Shown here in pieces: positions 17,849-25,609 of a DNA stretch of 56,440 bases. The stretch lies in NCBI GenBank assembly GCA_964499775.1, contig CAZCMK010000001.1, positions 22,243-78,682 of the forward strand, written 5' to 3'. This stretch comes from an uncultured Dehalococcoidales bacterium (lineage in GTDB: Bacteria > Chloroflexota > Dehalococcoidia > Dehalococcoidales > UBA2162). Both the position numbers and the translations under genes were made by a program. The first letter of the stretch is position 1, and each line of letters begins with the position of its first letter. The notes below the pieces were generated by a model that saw nothing but the letters and a program-made list of their open reading frames with translations, searched no databases and was not told the DNA's origin.

Positions 17849-18751
17849 CTAGACCGAGAAGAGCTTGTCCGCAGTGAGTACGCCGTTCTCCGTTACCACC
17901 GCCGTAACCAGTTCCAGGGGAGTAATATCGAAGTAAGGATTGGCAATCTTCACCTCCGGCGGCAACTGTCCCGGTTCGATTACTTCTGAAGGGTCTTTCT
18001 CTTCGAGGTCGACCCTGTCACTGTTCATGCTGAAATCCAGCTTTAGTGTTTCACACAGCACATAAAAAGGGACTTTGTTTTTCTCGCAGGCTATCGCCAG
18101 GGGATATGTGCCTGTTCCGTTTATCACCTTGCCGTCGGCGCATATCCTGTCGGCGCCGACCACTACTATACTGGCGTGAGTGATGAAAAGACCCACTGCC
18201 GTATCGTCGATAAAATTTACGAGTATGCCGTGGAGGCTTAATTCGCGGGCAGTCCTCACGCCGGCACGAGAGGGTCCCGACCGCGTAACAGCTACCTCTA
18301 TATTCTTCCCCGAATCGGCTATTTCTTTCAATGCCGCCACCACAGTCGAGCTGTAACTGTGGGTAAGTATCCTTTCACGGTCGTTAACCAGACCGGAGGT
18401 ATACTGAGCAATCAGGCTTACGGCGTTCAAGGAGTCCTGAAACAAATCCGCGGCTTTTTTTATTGTTTTCTTTCTGGTTGTTTCCAGGTCTTCCCCGCGG
18501 TCTTCCCGGATTATGTCCCTGAGCAGACGGGTGATTATATTGGGTATGGGCGCCATCGTTCGGCGGGCGGCTATCAGCCTTTTACCGACCTCTTTCTGTT
18601 CAAGCAGGAAATCCCTGGTCGATTCCGCCCGGCTGGTCTCAGCAGCGGTTTTCATCACCGTCACCGCCTGCCTCGCCAGCTCACTGGCACCGTCGGTCCT
18701 GTTATTTTTTATTCCCTCGATGAGGCTGTTTATTTCATCGCTAATATTCAT
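17849..18751 (-). CDS. eIF-2B alpha/beta/delta-like family protein (ribose-1,5-bisphosphate / methylthioribose-1-phosphate isomerase family)
   Basis: 300 aa. The segment VVVGADRICADGKVINGTGTYPLAIACEKNKVPFYVLCE is typical of the family. Confidence 0.75.
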   Translation of the reverse strand: MNISDEINSLIEGIKNNRTDGASELARQAVTVMKTAAETSRAESTRDFLLEQKEVGKRLIAARRTMAPIPNIITRLLRDIIREDRGEDLETTRKKTIKKAADLFQDSLNAVSLIAQYTSGLVNDRERILTHSYSSTVVAALKEIADSGKNIEVAVTRSGPSRAGVRTARELSLHGILVNFIDDTAVGLFITHASIVVVGADRICADGKVINGTGTYPLAIACEKNKVPFYVLCETLKLDFSMNSDRVDLEEKDPSEVIEPGQLPPEVKIANPYFDITPLELVTAVVTENGVLTADKLFSV

Positions 18752-18850
18752 AGCGGTATTCTAGCAATAAAGTGATTTGATGAGCAAATGGTATTGTTTC
18801 TACAAAAAGCCGTAATTGGTTTGGTTTTGTTTGCATTTAGTTGATTACAC

Positions 18851-18945
18851 TGTCATTGCGAGGAGTTCGCCTGAGACGAACGACGAAGCAATCTCGAAAA
18901 TTTATAGAGATTGCTTCGTCCGCCTGAGGCGGACTCGCAATGACA
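18851..18945. repeat. complete nested palindromic element, family A archetype
   Basis: Outer inverted repeat TGTCATTGCGAG (18851-18862) / CTCGCAATGACA (18934-18945). Inner inverted repeat CGAAGCAATCTC (18884-18895) / GAGATTGCTTCG (18907-18918). Arm hairpins GTTCG-CCTGAGA-CGAAC and GTCCGCC-TGA-GGCGGAC. Confidence 0.8.
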
Positions 18946-19005
18946 AAAGTAAACGAACAAGAAAGCAACCATCAGACACCGGGGTAGGCACGAGAAAAGA
19001 AAATC

Positions 19006-19014
19006 TGTTATAAT
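19006..19014 (+). promoter_or_regulatory. putative extended -10 promoter (TGtTATAAT) for the L25 gene
   Basis: TGTTATAAT lies 36 nt upstream of the ATG at 19050. Confidence 0.4.
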
Positions 19015-19049
19015 AAGCAAGTTTGTATTATGTCGGGAAGGTGGGACTA

Positions 19050-19703
19050 ATGGAAATAACGGCTGATGCCAGAGAAATCAAGGGTAAAAAGGTAAGGTTC
19101 TTACGCCGTCAGGGTATTACCCCGGCGCATATATTCGGTCACGGCATAGAGCCGGTGGCTTTACAGTGCGATACCGTCGAACTGAAAAAGGTCCTGGCAC
19201 AGGCGGGCACGACAGGAATCGTCGGCCTCAAACTGGGTAAAGCGAAGAAGCTAAGGAACGTAATGGTCCGTGAAGTCCAGAGAGAGCCGAGGAGCGGCGA
19301 ACTGCTTCACGTGGACTTTTACCAGGTGAGGATGGAGGAGAAGCTGAAGGTAGATGTACCTATTATAGTTGTTGGAGAAGCGCCGGCTCTGAAAATGAAA
19401 GAGAACTTTCTGACAAACGAGCTTACCAACCTGACCATCGAGTGCCTTCCCGACGCAATACCGAGCCGGGTAGAGGTGGACGTGAGCGTTCTCGAGGAAG
19501 CCGACCAGGGAATCCATGTGGAGGACATCAGCCTGGGTGAAGAGATTGCGGTGCTAAACAATCCGGAACAACTGGTTGTCAAGGTAAGCACCCGGTTTAT
19601 CGAGAAAGAAGAGGAAATAGAAGTAGGGGAAGTCGAAGCCGAGCTCGAGGCTGAAGGCGAAGTTCCCGAAGGACCTCAGGGAGAAAGCTCCTCCGAGGAC
19701 TAG
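19050..19703 (+). CDS. rplY: 50S ribosomal protein L25 / general stress protein Ctc
   Basis: RRQGITPAHIFGHG and LHVDFYQV motifs plus an acidic C-terminal tail. I prefer the ATG at 19050 (GGAAGGTGGG SD) over the track start at 19023. Confidence 0.85.
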   Translation: MEITADAREIKGKKVRFLRRQGITPAHIFGHGIEPVALQCDTVELKKVLAQAGTTGIVGLKLGKAKKLRNVMVREVQREPRSGELLHVDFYQVRMEEKLKVDVPIIVVGEAPALKMKENFLTNELTNLTIECLPDAIPSRVEVDVSVLEEADQGIHVEDISLGEEIAVLNNPEQLVVKVSTRFIEKEEEIEVGEVEAELEAEGEVPEGPQGESSSED

Positions 19704-19773
19704 CGGACTTTGCCTTGAAGGATTTTTACCAGTGCCGCCCTTCATCCCCCTGAGGTGGACGGAGGGCCTGTGA

Positions 19774-19815
19774 ATAGATTCTTTGTCATCCGCCCGAGGC
19801 GGACTCATAATGACA
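19774..19815. repeat. half copy of family A element
   Basis: ATAGATTCTTTGTCATCCGCCCGAGGCGGACTCATAATGACA matches the right half of 18851-18945. Confidence 0.65.
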
Positions 19816-19873
19816 TTCAGAGCAAGACCCGACTAGCGGAGCCGGTTATAATCCTGAAATAAAAACCGCTATT

Positions 19874-20800
19874 TTAATATCCGGTGAGATACCGTTGCGC
19901 ATATATTGCGGCGGTTGCACCGTCGCCGGCGGCGGTGATAGCCTGCCGGGCGGAGTCTCCCCTTATATCACCGGCGGCGAATATTCCCGGAACTTCCATC
20001 TCCATTCTTTCATTGGTGATGACATGCCCAACCGGGTCCAGAGTTACGATGCCTTTAAGGTATTCGGTATCCGGCTGAAAACCGATGGATACGAAAACTC
20101 CGCCTATCTCCAGGGTCGATTTCTCTCCCGTTTTCACGTTATTGAGCTTCAGACTCTTCACCAGGGTATCACCTTCCATCGAATCGACGGTGGTATCCCA
20201 CAGGATTTCTATTTTAGGTTCGGCGAACGCTCTCTCCTGCAGGATAGCAGTGGCTCGAAGCTGGTCGCGCCGGTGTATCACCACCACTTTCGAGGCAAAC
20301 TCAGCCAGGTGCAGGGCTTCAGTAATGGCGGCGTCGCTGCCGCCGACCACCGCTACAGGTTTGTCCGCAAAGAGCGGGGCATCGCAGGTGGCACAGTAAG
20401 ATACGCCCTTACCGGTAAACTCTTCTTCTCCGGGAACGCCCAGTGAATTACACTTCGAGCCGCCGGCTATAATCACCGCTTTAGCTTTGAAATCTCCCTC
20501 GGTGGTCTTTACAGCTTTAATATTGCCCTCAAGCTCGATACCGGTAGCCTCGGCGGTCAGCGTTTCCAGTCCGAACTTAGTCGCCTGCTGGTGGATTAGC
20601 TGCCCGAGTTCGAAGCCGTCGATGCCTTCCGTAAAACCGGGGAAGTTTTCTATAAGGTCGGTGTTGTTTATCTGCCCGCCGGGCAGCCCTTTTTACAGGA
20701 GTAAGGTGCTAAGCCTTGCCCTTGCCGTGTAAAGTCCCGCGGTGAGCCCGGCGGTGCCTCCTCCGATGATAATTACGTCGTAATCATTCCTGTCTGTCAC
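19874..20800 (-). pseudogene. trxB: thioredoxin-disulfide reductase interrupted by an in-frame TAA at codon 36
   Basis: A continuous frame runs from GTG 20800: [38 protein letters not shown](20693-20695)-KGLPGGQINNTDLIENFPGF...CATCDA... to the stop at 19874. Orthologues normally have Glu (GAA) at that position. The track shows only the 3-prime 200 codons. Confidence 0.8.
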
Positions 20801-20802
20801 TT

Positions 20803-21136
20803 TTATACCCCGGTCTCTATTTGAACCTCAATAATATCCAGTAGCTGTCGGATATCGAACTGCCCTGAAATCCTGAGCCGACCGTTCAGGAGTAATAGAG
20901 GTAACGACAGGTTTTTTACTTTTTATTTCCTCATTCCATTTCAGTACATCACTATCGGTCGTGTCTCTGGTAAGGTCGAGGTAGGTCAGTTGTATATCTC
21001 TATCGAACCTCTCGTTGATTTGCTTTCTCGCCTGGTCCAGCGCCTGCAGCGAGGACCAGTTCGTCCCGCAGGACGCGTCGCAATCCTGTCTTAACGGGTC
21101 GTTCAATATCGTGACCCGAATAGCATTATTATCCAA
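20803..21136 (-). pseudogene. ArsD/YuzD-like thioredoxin-fold small protein with a +1 frameshift in an A6 run
   Basis: Frame 0 gives ...DPLRQDCDASCGTNW...KWNEEIKSKK and then an implausible tail. The +1 frame after AAAAAA (complement of 20912-20917) gives [35 protein letters not shown], ending 2 nt before the trxB GTG. LPLLLL(D/N)G is the conserved C-terminal strand in ArsD-like folds. Confidence 0.6.
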
Positions 21137-21455
21137 TTACCGACTCCAGGGTTTTCTGAAGTTCCGCTTTAGGTCTGGCACCAACTACATTCGAAACGGG
21201 TTCTCCGTTCTTAAAGATAAGAAGGGTGGGAATACTCATTATGCCGTAGGTGGCTGCAATCTTGGGGTTCTGGTCCACATCCACCTTGAAGAAATTGACC
21301 TTGCCGTCGTATTCTTCAGCAAGCTCATCGACTATCGGGGCGACTATCAGGCACGGCTTGCACCAGATTGCCCAGAAATCCACCATTACCGGCTTATCAG
21401 CCTTAATTACCATTTCCTCGAATTTTGCTTCATCTACCGGTACGGGTTTACTCAT
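21129..21455 (-). CDS. trxA: thioredoxin (active site WCKPC)
   Basis: 108 aa. VDFWAIWCKPCLIVAP and MSIPTLLIFKNGE motifs. Confidence 0.9.
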   Translation of the reverse strand: MSKPVPVDEAKFEEMVIKADKPVMVDFWAIWCKPCLIVAPIVDELAEEYDGKVNFFKVDVDQNPKIAATYGIMSIPTLLIFKNGEPVSNVVGARPKAELQKTLESVIG

Positions 21456-22443
21456 AACTTTCCTCCTTGATTTTTTGTTCTATGCTTCTTTCTGCGGTCC
21501 GCCTGGCGAGACCGATTGCGTTCATGATTGCTTTGGCGCGGCTCCGACCGTGGGCTATTATGATATTACCGTTCACTCCCAGGAGGCAGGAACCCCCGGT
21601 CTCACTAAAGTCCAATCTTTTCGCCCACGAGTCCATACCTATACCCCGGCGCATAGCCCAGGATGGGAGGCTATACGCTTTTGAAAATGACTGCCCTGCC
21701 TGACCGAGCGAAGCCAGCCAGGTGGCACTCATACCCTCCAGGATTTTGAGTACTATATTGCCGGTAAAACCATCGGTAACGACCACGTTCGACTTTCCCG
21801 CCGTAACGTCCTGCCCTTCTACATTGCCGATGAAGTTAAGGGAGCTCTGTTTCAGCAGTTGATGCGCCTCCTGGGTAAGACGGTTCCCCTTTTTATCCTC
21901 CTCGCCGTTGTTGAGCAGACCGACAACAGGAGACTCGATATCAAAAATCCCGCTGATATAGGTCGAGCCAAGCCGACCGAACTGTAAGAGGTGATTAGGA
22001 CGGCAGTCAGCGTTGGCACCGGCATCGACAAGCAGCACAGGGGCTTCGGAGTTTATACTTATCAGGCTTCCTATTGCGGGACGTTCGATGCCTTCAATCT
22101 TACCCAGGTTTACCAGGGCTGAAAACAGCACCGCTCCCGTGTTACCCGCCGAGACGAAAGCGGAGGCTGTTCCGTCTTTTACCAGATTGGTACCTACCAC
22201 TATCGAAGACTCGGGTTTGCTGCGTATCGCCTCAATTGGGGATTCGTGAGGGTCTATAATCTGGCTGGCGTCGATTATTTTCATATTGAGTTTTGCCACG
22301 TTGCGCCCTGCCAGAATAGAGAGTATCTCCTTCCTGCCGACAAGTGCAATTTCCACTTCCCATTCGCGGGCCGCCTTTATGGCTCCCTTCACTATCTCAT
22401 GGGGAGCATATTCCCCGCCGGCAGCATCAACGGCAATTATCAT
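21448..22443 (-). CDS. plsX: phosphate acyltransferase PlsX
   Basis: 331 aa. MIIAVDAAGGEYAP start and the LLNNGEE, FIGNVEG and GFTGN motifs. Confidence 0.9.
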   Translation of the reverse strand: MIIAVDAAGGEYAPHEIVKGAIKAAREWEVEIALVGRKEILSILAGRNVAKLNMKIIDASQIIDPHESPIEAIRSKPESSIVVGTNLVKDGTASAFVSAGNTGAVLFSALVNLGKIEGIERPAIGSLISINSEAPVLLVDAGANADCRPNHLLQFGRLGSTYISGIFDIESPVVGLLNNGEEDKKGNRLTQEAHQLLKQSSLNFIGNVEGQDVTAGKSNVVVTDGFTGNIVLKILEGMSATWLASLGQAGQSFSKAYSLPSWAMRRGIGMDSWAKRLDFSETGGSCLLGVNGNIIIAHGRSRAKAIMNAIGLARRTAERSIEQKIKEESYE

Positions 22444-23411
22444 TTAGCCTCCTCGGTCAATACTCTTTCCCACAGGTCACAGCGTCCACCCCAGCGGGCA
22501 AGGACACGCCCGTTAGTCGATATCTGGGCAATCTCACACCGATTGGGGCATCTTTTACACTCGAATGTAGAGGTATGATACTCCATCTCGGTTACTCCGA
22601 AGCCGCTGAATTTGCTCTGCCTGTTATTTCCCATCTCTTCATGCACAAGCAGGGCTGCCCCGATAGCCCCCATAACCTCATGGCCGGGAGGTACGATAAC
22701 CTCGGTCTCAAGCTCTTCTTCAAACGCTTTTATAATAGCCCTGTTGAAAGCGACCCCTCCCTGGAAAACAACCGGAGTTTTCAACTCTTTACCGAGACCG
22801 ACGTTGTTCAGGTAGTTGCGCACCAGCGCCTGGCATAGCCCGTACAATATATCCTCTGTACTGTGTCCCATTTGCTGCTTATGAACCATATCCGATTCAG
22901 CAAAAACAGTGCACCGCCCGGCGATACGTACCGGATTGCGGCTATCCATCGCTCTCCGGCTGAATTCATCCATGCTCATGTTGAGTCGCAAAGCCTGGTG
23001 GTCGAGGAAACTGCCGGTGCCGGCAGCGCATACGGTATTCATTCCGAAATCGGTTACTATTCCGTCTCTAATTATAATGATTTTACTGTCCTGCCCGCCT
23101 ATCTCTATCACTGTTTGCACCTGAGGCATATAAGCTAAAGCGGCGGTGGCATGGCTGGTAATCTCGTTTTTCACGAGGTCAGCGCCGACAATAATACCGG
23201 CGAGATAACGGGCGGAGCCGGTGGTAGCCACGCCGCATATTTCAATATCTTCAGGTAACATTTCTTTAATCTCTAAAAGGCCCTGCTGCACCATCTCGAT
23301 AGGTTTGCCCCGGGTCAGTAAATAGACACGGGCGATAACCGTGTCTTCTGCGTCCAAAGCCGCCAGCTTGGTGGTTACCGAACCCACGTCAATTCCCAGA
23401 TAGGCTTCCAT
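22440..23411 (-). CDS. BcrAD/BadFG-family ATPase (2-hydroxyacyl-CoA dehydratase activator-like, archerase)
   Basis: 323 aa. GIDVGSVTTK, IGGQDSK, VCAAGTGSF and GRCTVFAESD (cluster-bridging Cys positions), plus a C-terminal Cys-rich tail ECKRCPNRC...GGRC. Confidence 0.85.
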   Translation of the reverse strand: MEAYLGIDVGSVTTKLAALDAEDTVIARVYLLTRGKPIEMVQQGLLEIKEMLPEDIEICGVATTGSARYLAGIIVGADLVKNEITSHATAALAYMPQVQTVIEIGGQDSKIIIIRDGIVTDFGMNTVCAAGTGSFLDHQALRLNMSMDEFSRRAMDSRNPVRIAGRCTVFAESDMVHKQQMGHSTEDILYGLCQALVRNYLNNVGLGKELKTPVVFQGGVAFNRAIIKAFEEELETEVIVPPGHEVMGAIGAALLVHEEMGNNRQSKFSGFGVTEMEYHTSTFECKRCPNRCEIAQISTNGRVLARWGGRCDLWERVLTEEAK

Positions 23412-23420
23412 CGATACTCC

Positions 23421-24521
23421 TTATACGGCTATTTTTAGCCGGCTTCCGTTACCTGCCCGTCTTTTATGCTTGAGCAGGTCTACAAACGCTTCCAGTCTCG
23501 TCAATACGCCCGTTTTGGTCATCTGTTCGTCACAGATAATGGTCAGTACGGGGATATTCTCCCTGGTGGTGGGCATTATATTCTGGGCGATTATCTCCGG
23601 CATGCAGGTAAACGGGGCAAGATGGACAATCCCGTCATACTCATTACTATGCAGGACCTTTTCTCCGATGGACTCCCAGCCATCGCCGCCGATATCCCGT
23701 TTGAGATACGGCAGGGCTGCCCTGTGTATCCTGTCTTTTTCATTAATGCCAAGAGGATTAAGGAACAGGCTGAACTTGGTCCATTCCGATAGAAACGTCG
23801 TCCTCCTTACCTCCACTCCCAGCTTACCCAGTTCGCTTTCAATATCGTAATTAGAAAACGGCTCCAGCACTACATAGAACTCCCCGGTAATACCGACCAC
23901 AAGCGGTCTTGCGTCCGGGTCTTTCTCAACGTTATTCAATCGCTCGATGTAGCCCGTCTGCACTTCCTTCAGGGTACGACTATCATCGGCTTTATCTATG
24001 GCGTCCAGAGCCTCTTTGAATATGCGGTTAGCCGTCCCCTTCTCAATCTCCACCGCCCGCACCTTCTGTACCAATCGCTCTATCCTGTCCATAGCGTTCA
24101 TTTTTTTCTGGCAAAAAGTGTATACCGATATAATCTTATACCAGGATGCGTTGTTTGCCAGACGTTTTATTATTTTCATCAGCCCCAGCAATTTCTGCTC
24201 GGAAACACCCATCTGAATCATTTCGATATTATACCCGAGGTCTTTAAGTATCTTATCCTGTGTTTTGGCATAGTACCCCAGGCGGCAGGTGCCGTAGCTG
24301 CCGGGCATGACAAGGGTATCGGCTCCAAGCTCGGCGATTTCGATAAAATTACCCAGTGTCAGTTTAAAGGGTATGCACAGACCTTCCGGAGAGTATTTCA
24401 CCCCGAGAGACAGGGTTCGCCGGGTATTGGGCGGCGGCGTGACGTAGTCCACATCGAGCTTTTTAAATAACGCTTTCAGAGGTATGTATAAATTTCCTAT
24501 ATGCGGTATTCCTATACGCAT
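23421..24521 (-). CDS. acyl-CoA dehydratase activase-related protein (DUF2229-type), subunit 2
   Basis: 366 aa. MRIGIPHIGN..., GLCIPFKLTLGN and LAPFTCMPE segments. Paralogous to the upstream gene. Confidence 0.65.
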   Translation of the reverse strand: MRIGIPHIGNLYIPLKALFKKLDVDYVTPPPNTRRTLSLGVKYSPEGLCIPFKLTLGNFIEIAELGADTLVMPGSYGTCRLGYYAKTQDKILKDLGYNIEMIQMGVSEQKLLGLMKIIKRLANNASWYKIISVYTFCQKKMNAMDRIERLVQKVRAVEIEKGTANRIFKEALDAIDKADDSRTLKEVQTGYIERLNNVEKDPDARPLVVGITGEFYVVLEPFSNYDIESELGKLGVEVRRTTFLSEWTKFSLFLNPLGINEKDRIHRAALPYLKRDIGGDGWESIGEKVLHSNEYDGIVHLAPFTCMPEIIAQNIMPTTRENIPVLTIICDEQMTKTGVLTRLEAFVDLLKHKRRAGNGSRLKIAV

Positions 24522-25519
24522 ACTGCCCGGTCTTTCTTTTTTCTCCTGTATATCATATCGGTAAAGGCTTCAAGCCGGGTAACAACGCCGGCTTCAGCGG
24601 TATGCTCCTCCAGCGTGAGACACATAAACGGGGTAGACCCCAGCCCTACCGAATGCCGCCGTACCATATCCATCATAAGAGAATCGGGGCCGCAACCAAA
24701 AGCCATTATACCAATAACACCATCGGCACCGCTTTGCAAATAGTGCCCCCCGGCGCCGACAACTTCTTCTTCATATGTCCAGTAAGCTCCTCCGGTTATT
24801 TCTGCTATGGCGGATTTCAGCTCGGGAGTGGCGACCATCTCCGGCGTTACTATCCTGTTACCGGACTGCTCCAGCCGGCGGATAAGACGGTGGTTTATAT
24901 ATTCATCGTAGATGAGGTAGGGGTGGCCTATAAGGGCGACGGTGCCCTTTACCCGAGCCGGTCCGGTACGCGTAACTTCCGGTTCTTTCTCCGCCGTCCC
25001 GTACATTCCGGCTAACGCTTCGGGCGGGGTAAGTTTGCTGCCAGACATCAACTCACGGTAATCCAGGTACGCCTGCCAGGCTGCCAGACCTGCCTGCCTG
25101 ACCTTAAAAGGGTTCCAGTTAATGCTCCGCCCCATTGCGTATATGCTCTGGTAAAGTCTGCTCTTTCCTTCATTGACATCGATATCAACCTCCAGCAGCG
25201 GAGGGGCTTCGGGAATGACCGCTTTTGTCATATCGGGCAATCCTAGGAACTTGGAGCAGTTATAGACCTTTTTTTCCACGCTGCGCACAGCCGGAATGAA
25301 TATACGGTCGCACTTATCCACCAGAGAGAGGACATGGCCCAGAAAAACCTTTACCGGCAGGCAGGTATCGGCGACCACGCGTGCAGAACCCTCGGCTAGC
25401 ATAGCCTGGGTGGTCGGCGGCGAGACTACTACCTCCGCCCCCAGTTCTTCAAAGAAGGTTTTCCACGCGGGGTAGTACTGGTAGTAGAGTAACGCTCTGG
25501 GAATGCCTACCCTCATCAT
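24512..25519 (-). CDS. acyl-CoA dehydratase activase-related protein (DUF2229-type), subunit 1
   Basis: 335 aa. MMRVGIPRALLYYQYYP, DTCLPVKVFLGH and IMAFGCGPDS segments. 10-nt overlap with the next gene. Confidence 0.65.
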   Translation of the reverse strand: MMRVGIPRALLYYQYYPAWKTFFEELGAEVVVSPPTTQAMLAEGSARVVADTCLPVKVFLGHVLSLVDKCDRIFIPAVRSVEKKVYNCSKFLGLPDMTKAVIPEAPPLLEVDIDVNEGKSRLYQSIYAMGRSINWNPFKVRQAGLAAWQAYLDYRELMSGSKLTPPEALAGMYGTAEKEPEVTRTGPARVKGTVALIGHPYLIYDEYINHRLIRRLEQSGNRIVTPEMVATPELKSAIAEITGGAYWTYEEEVVGAGGHYLQSGADGVIGIMAFGCGPDSLMMDMVRRHSVGLGSTPFMCLTLEEHTAEAGVVTRLEAFTDMIYRRKKKDRAVCV

Positions 25520-25523
25520 ATTC

Positions 25524-25559
25524 CTGAAAATGCCGGAACATGCTAAAGCACCGTTCCGG
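25524..25559 (-). terminator. putative intrinsic terminator after the M20 peptidase gene
   Basis: On the minus strand, CCGGAAC-13 nt-GTTCCGG is followed by CATTTTC. It lies 50 nt downstream of the stop at 25610. Confidence 0.45.
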
Positions 25560-25609
25560 TTTATTACTCCTCTCGTACACTCGTTACAGCCAGCCGTATG
25601 AATAGTCTT

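Noticed and set aside
18816-19013. 65-aa ORF on the plus strand
   Set aside because: It is generated by read-through of the family A palindromic repeat. It has no SD, and its sequence is the typical repeat-derived peptide.
3200-19820. CRISPR array suggested by recurrence of the GTCCGCC...GGCGGAC repeat
   Set aside because: The copies are scattered over many kb in separate intergenic regions and in both orientations. They are embedded in larger palindromes, not regularly spaced with unique spacers. No cas genes are present.
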